Positions 26,785-39,511 are shown, counted from the whole stretch's first letter. The stretch: DNA of 57,190 nt, filler included, from Basidiobolus ranarum (GCA_040143965.1; 3 parts of 3 records of this genome joined end to end with filler, not necessarily neighbours in it); one strand, 5' to 3'. Notes: generated by a model not told the origin, from the sequence alone. Numbers and translations: made by a program.

Positions 26785-29700
26785 TGATAACATTGTTGAG
26801 GGGATTTGGAAGTGTTTGGGACAAGATTTGGATTTGTGAATTAAACACTTAAGTTTTATTGATTTGAATATGTTCTATTTATAGTTTACTATCAAATAGG
26901 ACTATTACATATGCTTAGATCATAACAAACATGCCTGTTAAGCATGGGTGAAAATTTGAGGTGATTTGGAGAAGTTTTGAGGAAATAGTGAAAATTGGTA
27001 AAAGTGATCTAATTGTTATAGCTATCAATTAGAGCAATAAACACATGTTTTTTGAATGACAGAATTGTAAGATAAATAATCAGAATATGAATCAACTAAT
27101 CACTAAATAATGAGTTGCTATTTACTAAAATCCAACATTCCCGCTAAACTAATTATTTTGTATAACTCTTAAACCTAACTTGCATCTTGATAATTCAAAT
27201 TGTGCTTTTGCAAATGGTGTTGTTAAGATGTTAGCAATTGTTTCTTCTGTAGGGCAATAGGCAAGTTCAATTATATCATTCTTTATTGCTTCTCTAACAA
27301 AACGATGCCTAATATTTATATGTTTTGTTCTAGCATGAAATGTTGGGTTTTTAAATAATGAATTACAACTTTGATAGTCTTCAAATACAGCAATAGCACA
27401 TTTGCATGTATGCTAAGTCTGTAAATAACTTCCTTAACCACATAGCTTCTTGTGTAGTAGCAGAGGCAGCCATATATTCTGCTCCAGTAGTGGAAAGTGC
27501 TATGGTGGGTTGCTTCTTTCTAATCCAAGTTATGGCTCCATTACCATAGCAAAAAGGGTACCCAGTTGTTGATCTTCTGTCATCAAGACTGCTTCCCCAG
27601 TCTGCATCACTGTAGCCTTCAAAATTTGTTTTACTGCATTTTTGTGCGCAGATCTGGGATTTTGAATTATTGGCTGACAGTTCCCACTGCCACAGCAATG
27701 TCTGGACAAGTTCCAACCATTGTATACATTAAACTACCCACCATGGATTGATAAGGGAACTCCAGGCTTTGATTTGAGTCATTATGGGCCAAATCAGATG
27801 AATTTTGTTTAATTTCACATTGGGATCCATTAGTGTTGAGACAGGCTTGCTATTCTCCATGTTGAAGTATTTCAGGATGTCTAGAAAGTATTTAGACTGA
27901 TTTGGCATGATTTTTAGATTGGGTTTATCTCTCTTATTATGGATTTCAAAAAAATAACTTAATTCACCCATATCAGTCATGTGAAATTGGTTTAATACGC
28001 TGCTTTTTGTCTGATTAAGTGCTTTTAGATCATTTGTGGCTATGATTAAGTCATCCACATATAGTGCCAAGGTAAAGATCCTATTTCCAGTTGTTTTGAT
28101 GTTAATATTGTGATCTGCTGTGCATTTTTGGAATTCAGGTGATTCCCAATAGTTATCTATCTTGTTACGCCATGTCCTGGGTGCTTGCTTGAGTCCATAA
28201 AGGATTTTTGCAGTTTACAAACAATATCAGGGTGTTATGGGTCCACAAATCCCTCTGATGACTCTGTATAGATCCCTTCTTCTAGATTCCCATGCAGAAA
28301 GGCTCTTTATACATCCATTTGATGTAAATCAAGGATATGAATGGCTGAGAGTGCCTGGATTGATCTAATGGAGCTATACTTAGCTACTGGAGCAACAGTT
28401 TCATTAAAATTAACTCCTGTAGTCTGGGAATAACCTTTTGCAACTCATCCTGCTTTGTACCTTTCTATGGTTCCATCAGCTTGGTTTTTGACTTTGTAGA
28501 CACATTTGCAACCTATTGGCTTTCTTCCTAATGGTAAAGGACTTCAAACACATGTTTTATTGCCCTGAAGTAGGGAAAACTCATCAGGCATTGTTCTTTC
28601 CCTTAATATTGATTCTGGATACTCCAGAGCTGGATCTAGAGTCTGTGGTTCATCACAGAATGCTGCATAAGCATATACATCATCCTTGGTAGTGTTCCAA
28701 CAGTATCATGGCTTATTTCTCCTTCTGGATAATATTCTGGGTCCTGAATCATTCTCTGATGTAATTGGGACTTGACTTTTTGTTGAATGGGGCTCAAGTA
28801 GAGCTGGAAATTTGTCAGAAACTTCCTGAATAGTGCTGATATTGTTTTCTGGATCAGGAGCTGTGATTTGAGGTGAAGCATTTGCTTTTTCATCATAAAT
28901 TACATCTCTGCACTTGATTAACTTCTGATCTCTGGTATCAAACAGTCTGTAGGCCTTAGATCCATCACAGTAACAAATAAATATGCATTTTCTGTGTTTA
29001 GGTTACAATTGAGAGCATCTTTGAGCAGGAATAAGGCAATATGCCATGCAACCACAAATCCTGCAATGATCCTTATTTGGTTTTGGTCTATATATGTCTT
29101 CAAATGGAGTAGAATTTTGTAGCAATCTTGTTGGGCATCTGTTTTTGATATAGACTGGACTTGTTCTCTATGATAGTGCCAAATTGTGCTGTATATATCA
29201 TATTGGATAAAGTATTATAAAATTTATACGGCACTATTTGGCACTATCCACCACCCTCTGGCATGATCAATTTCAATGACATTTACTTTAATATATTGAT
29301 CCAAGGTTTGATAAATCCTGGCACAATTGAACAAGTCCACTGCAGTGGAGACAGATTCAGCTCAATATTTGTAATCTAATTTTGATCATGTAACATCGAT
29401 CTTGCCATCACCACAATGGTCCTATTAGCATGTTCTGCAACTCCATTTTGCTGTTGAGTATAATGTAGAGTAGTTCATTGCTTAATTCCATATCTAGAAC
29501 AAAAACTAGTAAAGTCTTTAGAGCAGTTTTCTCCACCATTGCCACTCCTGAGTACCCTTATTTTTTGTGTGGATTCTTTCTTTACCATTGTTTTGTAGTG
29601 CTTGAATGTAGCTAAGGCTTCAGATTTTGATTTGCAACTGACTACCCAAGTATATCTAGTTTTGTCCTCAATAAAGGTCATAAAGTAGCTTTTCCCACCT

Positions 29701-31542
29701 AGTGAGATGTTTTTTATGGGTCCACATAGGCCAGAATGACTCAGGCCAAAATTCTGATTGGATTTGATCTCTCCAGAGCTTAAAAACAGCAGTCTGTGAT
29801 GTTTTCCATGAATTCAACCTTCATACCAATCCAGTTTAGTAATATTTCTAATGTCTAAGCCTGAACAAGCAGATTTCATATCATTTGATTTATTTTGTGC
29901 TCCCCAATGGGGCCTAATATTTTGTGCCATGTTGGACAGCTTATTTCACTGGTTTTGGCCAAGTTTGTATGCTCAGAATGAAATTTGTTTATTTCTAGCT
30001 TGTATAAGTTTTGACTTTTGATCCCAGTAGCTAATTTTGAATAATTCTGATCTGCAATAGTGCATCCAGCCTTACTGAAGACAAAATTTAGTCATTGAGT
30101 TGTTGCTAGGCTTACTAAGAGCTAATTCATGGCTATATTAGGTACATATAGTACATCATCCAATTTTGCAGATGGTGTAGCTGAATTTTTGTCTAATTTA
30201 GCACAACTGTGCCCTGACCAACTGCATCTAGTGCATAGTCATCACCTAAGTTGACTTTTCATGTATTGATTGGTTTTAAGCTTGAAGACCAATCTTTGCT
30301 GCTTGACATGTGCTGGAAAGCTCTTGACTCAAAATACCACATTTCTGAGTCTTCTTTAGTGGTTACTGATAGGGCAGACACAAATAGATAATCCCTATCA
30401 GTGCTTACTTGATTTGCATGTTCCCATTTTAGCTTATTGGCAAAAATTCTTTTTCTGCCATCTTTGATAATATAGCCTGGTTTCTTGCAATACTTGCAGA
30501 TGATTGATTTCCTATTATGGGCACCATTATTGAAGTCTGTTGGACATTTACTGCTCCAAAAAATGCCTGTTTTGCATTATTTTGCTAAGAAATAGATCTC
30601 CTTAATTCCTCATTTGAAAGCCTAGCACCAACATATTCCATTACTAATGGCTCTAATCTTGATTCCTGGGCAATTATGAGGCTCCCAAAGTTGGCTGGCA
30701 GGCTCCTAAGTAGTGTCATGACTAAGTCATCTTCATTTAGAGGTGCTCCAATGGATGAGAGCTGATATACCACAATTTTTATCCAATTTATATGATTAAG
30801 CATAGAATAATCAAAATTCATCTGAATTGAGAATAATTTTCACCTAAGATATAGCATATGAGCCAGACTTTTAGCCTCATATAGTCCCTCAAGTGTTTCC
30901 AAAGCATTTTGGATGTTTTGGTTGATTGTATAAGCCTCTATTGAGAGTCTCTGAGATGTGGACAAAGGGTAAAAATTGCTTTCCTCTGCTTCTTGTGAAA
31001 GGCGAGGATAGCTTCTGGTGGTCCCTTTGGCTCTATTTCTTCTCCTGTAACAGTGCTAAAGGTCCTTGTCTTCCAGCACCATTTGCATCTTGAACTTCCA
31101 AAGGTGAAAGTCTTCACCATCTATCTTCTCTGTGGATGCAAAAACATTGATAATAGTACCGGTAGACATTCCTTTAACAGCTAGCTCAGAGCTCAAAAGC
31201 TGATAAAATAGTTTCAGGGGTTTGGAAGTGTTTTGGACAAGATTTGGATTTGTGAATTAGACATTTTAGTTTTATTGAACTGAATATGTCCTATTTGTAG
31301 TTTACTATGAAATAGGACTATTGGATATGCTTAGATTTCAACACACATGACTTTAAAGAATGGGTGAAATTTGTGGTGATTTGGAGAAGTTTTGAGAAAA
31401 TTGGCAAAAGTGATCTGATTTATATTTCTACCAATTATAGCAATGAATGCACATTTTTGAATGACAGAAATGAGTGCTAAATAATCAGAATATAAGTAAA
31501 TATACTACCCAATAATGAGTTCCTATGTACCTAATTTCAACA
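26785..31542 (-). mobile_element. Full-length degenerate Ty1/Copia element C with both LTRs and 5-bp TSD
   Basis: LTRs at 26785-27137 and 31201-31542 with TG...CA ends; flanks caatc / caatt; PPT next to 27137. ORF pieces LYVDDLIIA (RT), GYSDADWG and ALSTTGAEYMA (RNase H), LRSGNGGE (integrase). Confidence 0.95.
29157..29338. mobile_element. 182-bp MITE inserted in the integrase of element C
   Basis: Perfect 10-bp TIR GGACTTGTTC...GAACAAGTCC with a 3-bp TSD ACT. Removing it restores the sequence seen uninterrupted in element A (~19750-19790). Confidence 0.9.
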
Positions 31543-32008
31543 CAATTAAGCTATATATATCAAAGTCACTGTTTTAGGGAATAAAATGTAATGCCTCCAA
31601 GTACCTACTACTGATCAAAATATCATAGTTGCAGTCCTGAATAGCCAACTACATACATTGTACAACCTATCCATGGCTTCAAAATTCTTCACTTATGATT
31701 TGATCTAAGATCTTATGATGCTAATAAAAGAGTGAAGAAAATACTTGAAAACACTATGGGAAACCATGCCGTAATGGTCAAAGTTACTTTACAAAGCAAA
31801 GTGCCATTTTATATGAAACAGCTGGTGAATAATGCAAGGATTTGTTTACAAGAGTTACAAAAGAAGAAAAATGAACTGAAGCAGGTAATGTGCCTACAAC
31901 TGTGGATTGTTTCTATCTGCCCTCTCTGAGGCTATCAAATGAGTCGCATAATTTGTCTATTCAGTCTGCAGCATGTATACACTATTGAAATTATTTAGGG
32001 AGAAAAAT

Positions 32009-32054
32009 TGGTCAGGCCAGGACTTGAACCTGGGAGCTCCCTCACTCTCAGTCC
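32009..32054 (-). pseudogene. tRNA-like 3' half (T-arm / B box), tRNA pseudogene or SINE relic
   Basis: Minus strand reads ccagg-ttcaagt-cctgg (5-bp stem, 7-nt loop), then cctgacca and a T-run. No matching 5' half was found. Confidence 0.4.
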
Positions 32055-32950
32055 TTATATGCTATGCCTATATACTCCATATGTTCCTCTTTGGGAATTA
32101 CTGCTTGTACCACAAATCACCAGACTTTCAACATACACTACATGGAAGAAAAGCATAGGTATAATGATTATTAAGAAATTCCAATCAGACAAGCTTTTGA
32201 GAGTGATGTAACAGTCATTGCAACGCATGGATATGGCAACAATCAGAGCTGATTGAAGTGGTGTTTCCAAAAGAAAAAGTATATAGTATTACCAATGTAC
32301 AACATCTTGTAGATATTGCAAAGAACTTAGTCTCTGCATACACAGCCCCCTTGATAGGTTGAAAATGCATTTTAATCAGTTGAGATGCTTCTTCAATGAT
32401 TGTAATGGTGTTTATTTATCTTGGGGAGAAAAGAATCCATGTATACACAAACTGAAATATAATTCAAGGGCTTTGGCATATGCACAAGTTGGTTTTATTC
32501 ATACAAACAAAATGATCAAAAATTACCTGATTTTTCACAAATGAAAATATGGGAAGGTTATGTATACTAAAAACAAGCCAGGTAGCCACTCAAAAGCTCT
32601 GCTTTAATCAAATCTGTCAAAAAATTGGATTTAATTCATGGCAATTTATGTGAATCTATGTATAATAAATCTATGGGTGGAAAGAGGAAGTTAACCACCT
32701 ATGTGGATGCTTATTCTAAATTTAATCTGGCTATATTGTGGAAAAGATTTTGTGGAGACTGGAACTGGAAAAAAATTTACAAGAACACATGCTAACAATG
32801 GTGGAAAACTCACTTCAAAACTGTTTAATCAATTAGGCAAAGTTGCTGCACTTAAATTGGATACTTTTGCTCCTTATTCATAGCTGTAAGAAAGATCTGT
32901 TTATGGAGCTAACAGGACTAAAACAGTGATGGCAGCTTCTATCAATACTA

Positions 32951-33301
32951 TGATAAAAGTATTTGGGGATTTAGAAGTGTTTTGGACAAGATTTAGATAT
33001 GTGAATTAGACACTTACGTTTTATAGAATTGAAAGAGTCCTATTTAAAGTTTACTATGAAATAGAACTATTTGATATGCTTAGATCATCACAAAGATGCC
33101 TGTTAAGCATGGGTGATAATTTGTGGTGATTTGGAGAAGTTTTGAGAAAATAGTGAAAATTGGTAAAAGTAATCTAATTGATGTTTCTATCAGTTAGAGC
33201 AATAAACAGATGTTTTTGAAGGGCAGAATTGAGTGCTAAATAACCAGAAGATGAATAAATTAACTGCTAGATAATGAGTTGCTATTTACCTAATTTCAGC
33301 A
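32951..33301 (-). mobile_element. Solo LTR of the same Copia family
   Basis: tgataa...ttcagca, colinear with the element C LTRs, with no adjacent PBS or PPT. The TSD is poor (tacta / aaata). Confidence 0.88.
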
Positions 33302-33899
33302 AAATATGCCATAGGATCTTAAAATGTTTATATAGAATCTGATGCTACAGCTATTTATCTGCATAATAGGAGATATACTATAGGTGAGTCCAACTCTTGA
33401 CTGTATCAAGATTATTTTAGAGCTTGCTGCCATTAAAAGAAGTTGAATATCTTTAGATGCATTGTGCATGTTGCAATTATGACCAATATGGGTGCTACTG
33501 TCATCCAATAGGCAAAAATGCTTACCTTTAAGTTATTGTTTGCAAACTAAGGCCTGCAGACAAATACATGCCATGTATTCAAAATATATCTAGTCCTGGG
33601 ATGTTTGATTTGACAGATAGAAATGCTTTCACTGAAAATGAACTTAGATGCAAATAAGGATCAATCTTCTTCCAATAAAATTGTTTCAATATCACCAGAT
33701 CCAGTACAAGAAAGAAAACAACATTCCTGTGGACCCTTTAGTCAGAGTAAGAGCTATGGAAGAGCCTGATGAAGTGCCAGCTAGTACCTTTATACAAAGC
33801 CATCCTATTAAATCAGCTCCAGAATTGCCTTGATTATGTTCCCAACAAAATTACAGCTAATATGAGCTGGATTGGATCCACCCTTCTCAAAATGTGACC

Positions 33900-35850
33900 A
33901 TTAGAAGAGCATTACTACATTGATGGCTTTTACTCTACCAGAGATTTTGATGGTGTCATATTGGCTTTATAATGGTATTTCAACATTAAATACCAATGCT
34001 GAGATATTGAACTACAACATATCACATGTGTTATTTGATTTCCTACAAAATTTGGAAAAACCCAACAGTGGAATGGTAAATTACTAGGTTTACTGCCACA
34101 GAAGTTTGAATCAATATGCTGTGCCAGCTTCAAAACAGTGGAAAATTGCTGAACATCTGAAGCTTATGATAGCACTCACACTTGGCAAATAGCTTACTCT
34201 TCTGACCATTGACAATGAGAATAGGTACTTGGATGTTGGTAAATTTTCATAACAACTTAAGCCAAATATTGCTAACTTCAAATCATAAAATGTCCTGTCT
34301 CAAGTAGAAGTGTCTTTGCTCAAATTAATTCCCACATGGCTCAATCAATGATACCTTGTATCTTGCTGCATCTCACCAAGAAGTCTGTCTTATAGCTACT
34401 CTGGGAATATCATCACATTATGATAAAAACAAGATGCTGAATTATAGAGGTACTGAATTGGTATCAATGTATTGGGCTTTGTTGCTTTTATTGCTCACTA
34501 GCATGTCATGAGCATATCAAAAAGAGCCCTGTATTGGAAGGTTGATATAGTCTGCAGTCTTCTTATCAATTTCATTATATCCATTATTGATTTTGTTGAT
34601 AGCTGTTAATCTGAATAGCATATGGCAATACCAGTGATTAAACATAGAGCATCATTTGACCACAAAAAGTAAGTGCATAGTCCTTGATGGGAAGCTCTGG
34701 CTCCTGCTTATCCACATTAACAATATAACCATAGGCTTATGGCTAATCCCAAGTTCAATACTTGACTAACAATTTGAAATAATGACATTAGTGAGGATTT
34801 TAAAACCAACCAGGCTTCAGTTAGTAAAAGCATGAAGTTTAGTGTTGTACTTAGAAGTTAGTAAAGCATACTTCTGGTAGTGTAAACTCTATTAATTGGA
34901 CAGAATCTTCAAAAAGGTGGTGCATTATGCCCACAGAAGCCTCCAAGTTTACCAATGCCAGGTATATCACCAATAAATATGAAGCCCTGACAAAAAAAAT
35001 CAATTAAATCCAAATGGGATGTAACCTTTTAGTGCACAAGACCGTCAGAGACCTATCTCAATATTGTGAGAATGTATACAACCAGAGATTCTGATGGCAA
35101 GTGATGGCTTCTTAATGGTACCATGAAGATAACCATACATGGTGAACTAATGATCTTCATATTTGGCATACATTATTTAATTTCCAACAATTAAACAAAA
35201 TGACCAATTTTCAAATTATGAATTACAGGTATTACTGGTATAGGATTTTGAATTTATATGTATGCCTTTGTTGAGAAATTTTAGGCCTTGTTTTCCAGCC
35301 ATAATGTGAAACAAAAAATACAAGAATCTGGTTGTGTTTAGTCTCTACATATGCACATACTTGACTGATTGGACATAACTCAACAACATCAATATGCTTT
35401 ACCAGCAAACTAATGGTGGAAAAATTGCTCAACACTGGAAATTTTGAACAGCACTGACACTTGGCAAATAGCTAACTCTTATTACAACTCACAATGAGAA
35501 TAAGCTCTTGGATTTTGGCAAATTTCCATAATGAATTCAGCCAATATATCCCTGACTTGCAGTCAACAAATGTCCTGCCACAAGTAGATGTGTTGTTGCT
35601 TGAATAGATTACCCCATGGCTATCTCCATCTATCTCACCAAGAAGTCTGTCCTGCAGCTTTCCTAAAAATACCATCAGATTATCACACAAGCAAATTAAT
35701 CCAATTATAGAGGTACTTACTCTGTGTCCATGGATTGGGCTTTGTTGCTGTTATGGTGCTCAAACAATGCAAAAACCCGGGAGCACATTGAAAAGAGCCC
35801 TTTGTTGGAAGGTTAAAATTCTATGGAGTCTCCTTGCCCCATTGCACAAC
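33900..35850 (-). mobile_element. Decayed CACTA/EnSpm-like transposase remnants, with a ~400-bp direct duplication
   Basis: GDIPGIGKLGGFCGHNAP at 34919-34971 resembles the GDxPAxxKLxGxxGH motif of CMC/EnSpm transposases. Segments 34135-34545 and 35413-35815 are diverged copies of each other. Confidence 0.5.
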
Positions 35851-36619
35851 ATCCATGACCAATATTGCTGATTCTTTGTTAATCAGATTAGCATTTGATT
35901 GGATTGAACTCTCCACTCCTCAATAATCAAAGCTGCTTCCTTGACTGTAAGTGTTATGAGTGGACTAATGTTTGCCAATAACAAAGAGTCCATAACAAAA
36001 CCTTTGTCTTCTTCTTCAACTTCTGATATACTACCTTTGGTACTGGAATAACCAAGGTCAACATCTAGCAGCAAGTCCTCAAAGTTGTCTGGACTTACTG
36101 GTTTGACCAAAGTTGCATTTTGACCTACACCATTCTGGTCATATAACTGTGGTAACTCCATGATATCTTGACTTTTGGCAGTGTTACCAGAACTTTGAGG
36201 CACACTACAGTCAGTTGACTCAATGGGCAAAACTAAAGTTGATTTAGTGCACTTATTACTGTTGTTATACCCCAGGCTTTGTCCAGCTGGTGGCTTTGTA
36301 CAGTGACTTTGCTTATGGTTATTTTTTCAATGAAGCCTCCAGCTTTCATAGCACAATAATTTGTGACAATAATATCAGGGCTTCTTTAAACATTTGTATT
36401 ATGGCATGAGAAGGATATTGTGGAGAAAAGAACACCTCCCACATAAGGGTGGTATTTTAGGTATAGCCCATCAATATCATCAGCTGATTCTGAGATGGTG
36501 TCACAGATGAGTCATCAGGTGATTTACAAAATATTTTTGGTAATGGATGGCAATATTGGTATATTACAAGCTGTTTCTAAGCAATTTCATTACACCAAGT
36601 TTACTCTCTGAAAATTGCA

Positions 36620-38121
36620 ATGCCATTCAAAAAGCGTTCAAAATCCAAGTCAAAATTGGCTTCCAAGCCAAAGCCTGCTGGCACAAAAGGAAAAAAACCA
36701 GCAAGAACGGAGGACTTAATTGATGAGCACTCTAGTGATCCACTATCCACTTTGGAAGGCATTAACATGCTGGAAACTAACTCAAGTAGTGATGAAGCAT
36801 TAATCAATTTACCAGATGTGTTCCTTTCCAGCAATAGTGCAAGTGAAGAGATTGTAATACCCCAATTAAATAGTAAATCAATAGTTGAGCAAAGTTCAAC
36901 CAAAACACCATCAACACCATCAACTTTTGAAATGGCAACTTTGCTCACTATTAAACAACCCTCCATAGAAAATTTGGATAGAAGTATTACAACAAGGGAA
37001 TTTCAGGCAGAACACTGTGGTGATTTGTATGCAATCTTAAGTAAAAACTATGAAGTTGCTATACAAGCCATAACAAGCAATAATGCCACAATGTCGCAAT
37101 TAATGCAGCACTTGGAAGCAACTAGTCAACAGTTAGAGATTCACTCAACAATGATACAAGACCTTCAGAATCCTGTACTTGAGCTACAGCAGCTTGCTGC
37201 TCCCTCCATCCATTCTCATACAGGACTTCAATCAATCCCACACCATACATATGAATGTCACCATGACAATCTAGCAAAGCAGAATATGTGTTGGACCATT
37301 AAGCCTATGCAACAACCCAAAATTGCTTGGGCACATGAAAGTAGAAATCTCATTGGAAAACCGGCAAACCCAAAGACTCTGAATGTCAGAGCTGCCGTCA
37401 CTTGCTCCAATGATGAGTGGTTTAACATTTTGGAAACTGTGTGGAATCTTGCCCAAAATCACCTGGCTTTGAGCCAATTGTGGAAAAACCAAAAACCAGG
37501 CGTTACTCTGAAGGTTCTTGACTTATTTCATATAGCTTATCCTGGGTCTTTGCAAGCAAATGGCAATTGGGCTAGTATAGGTCTATTCATGAAACATTTG
37601 AAAAATGTACACAATAATTGACTTGGAAAAGAAAGAAAAGTAGCCAAAGAAGTACTGAAGGAGCAGGAAGTTAGTAAACTCAAGGGAAAAGCAAAGGAAC
37701 CAGGGAGTTTAGGCTCTACTGTCCCACTTACCAAATTCTTCACACCATTACAAAGATCTGCATTTCCGGAGTCAGATATACTGGCAAAAAAGCTCAATTT
37801 CACCCTGGAACCAGGTGCACCAGTTGGAAGAGTGCTAAATTTAAAAGTTTATCCAACACCTGGCACCTCTCAACATGCCAAAACACCAGCAAATAAAACT
37901 CATGGCTCTTCAACCTCAACTGGTACTTTTCAAAGTGTTGAAATTAACCCCAAAGGTAAAGGCAAGCAAAAAGCAGCACAAACACCACAAAGCACCCTCA
38001 GTAGTGACACACTACAAGGATGTACAAAAATAGTCAAAGTGCTTGAGGAGTATTTTCAACAGTATGAAGGGAAAAATGCAGTGCAAGTATGCAGAAAGTG
38101 GCTTCAGAAGAAGAACATTCA
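36620..38121 (+). pseudogene. ~500-codon intronless ORF with one in-frame TGA; probable transposon accessory gene
   Basis: ORFs 36620-37621 and 37832-38173 share a frame, and there are no stops between 37622 and the contig end. Basic N-terminus, coiled-coil-like middle and a Trp-spaced helical domain. Confidence 0.6.
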
Positions 38122-38221
38122 NNNNNNNNNNNNNNNNNNNNNNNNNNNNNNNNNNNNNNNNNNNNTTAATTAATTAANNNNNNNNNNNNNNNNNNNNNNN
38201 NNNNNNNNNNNNNNNNNNNNN
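38122..38221. other. Artificial contig linker N44-TTAATTAATTAA-N44
   Basis: Identical in structure to 19030-19129; core at 38166-38177. Confidence 0.97.
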
Positions 38222-39130
38222 TTCAAGCAGTACATCAGAGATCAAACTACCACCCCTTCAAGAGGTGTACGTGGTATGTAAGAATTTTGCTGTGAAGCGC
38301 GCATTACTTTTGGACTCTGATTGCACTGTAAGCAGTACGTCAGAGGTCAAACTACCACCTCTTCAAGAAGTGTACGTGTTATGTAAAAATTTCGCTGTTG
38401 TTCGTATTGTCAAGGATATTTTCTATGTTCTCCAGAATACACTCTGGAAAATCACTGTAATAAACAATCATTTCGATGAGCTCAGTCCTCAACCTCTCAG
38501 CTGGGATTGGTTGTTATCTAACCTCGTAAAGAACCATATTATTTTTGTAGAATTGGTATTGTTTGACCTTGAATCACTCAACTTGTGCCCGTCTTTGGAA
38601 GAACTCTACTTAATAGGCTATGTTGAGAATGCTAGTAGTAGCCCTGTAGCCGCATTTAGACCAGTTCTAAAGTTACCAAAACTTCAATTTATCACGTTGT
38701 ATAACAGAATATGTAACAGATTCAACTTTGGCTCTCTCGAATACTCCCCATTGCTAGAAACTATCGACATTTTTCATAACAGGCTCATCCCTTCCAATAC
38801 AGTCACTTCAATCATCTTATTGGACATGGACTTGGGACTGGAAGTTACCGCGTTTAAAAAAATTGTCACTGGTTGGAGAATCAAGTCAGCCATAAGTGTA
38901 AAGAGTTCTACTTTAAAAAGCTTGAATTCTTTGGCGTGACGTTATCTACTCTCTTACAACGATACATGTCGCAAGTTATAGATATCCATCTTATAAAATT
39001 CCCTCATATTCGATACGTACACTCCACGTTAACTCTGACAGATGCTCATATTTAACAGCATGGGGTATATCGGGCTGAAAGTAAGAAATATGGTAATGTA
39101 TGGAGGTGCGGCTTAGTGAATTACATAATG
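38222..39130 (+). pseudogene. F-box/LRR family pseudogene (3' half; internal duplication, deletions, frameshifts)
   Basis: Contains KLPPLQEVY twice, LSWDWLL and LESLNLCPSLEEL. The frame is lost before WTWTWDWKL and internal blocks are missing relative to intact copies. Confidence 0.88.
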
Positions 39131-39202
39131 AGTGTTCTATAGGATAAAGTGATGTTGAGAAACAAGTCTGCTTCAATGTTATTAAAACCGTGGCTTACAA
39201 GA

Positions 39203-39270
39203 TCACACTAAAGCCTAGTAAGTGACCAGACAATTGAACTATGAGTAAATTGTTGCAGATTGGAAAATCG
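39203..39270 (+). promoter_or_regulatory. Conserved upstream module of the F-box/LRR genes (first copy)
   Basis: A tcacactaa..taagtgacca..agtaaat(t)tgtt motif recurs at ~42080, 46728, 49519, 51166 and 54958, about 250-310 bp before each ATG. A TATA-like atataaat lies ~80-100 bp before the ATG. Regulatory function is inferred. Confidence 0.5.
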
Positions 39271-39511
39271 ACTTACCATTTGGCATTCATTAACAAATTG
39301 CATGCACTAACCATTTAGCCTAGTTGTGATTCTTAGTATTGGATCAAATGCATAATCCGGACTGCTATTGTGATCATGCTGCGGCATTGTATTCATATCA
39401 AGTTTGTCAAAATAAAAGCCAACTCGGATATAAATATTCTTCCAAGGCAATGGCACTATATCCTTACCACTCCTCACTCTCCTTGCTTCCAGCTTTAAAT
39501 TTGCTTTAAAA

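Larger units (their letters stand above)
26420..33340 (+). mobile_element. Older, different Copia-like relic interrupted by element C and the solo LTR
   Basis: Gag-like remnants at 26420-26784 and 31543-31930. Integrase-like LDLIHGNLCESM..SMGGKRK..YVDAYS and NNGGK at ~32620-32880. Boundaries are approximate. Confidence 0.45.

Noticed and set aside
35883-36230. 115-aa acidic minus-strand ORF as a host gene
   Set aside because: It has a non-ATG start in CpG-depleted TE context. More likely the N-terminal remnant of a transposon gene; it cannot be supported separately.
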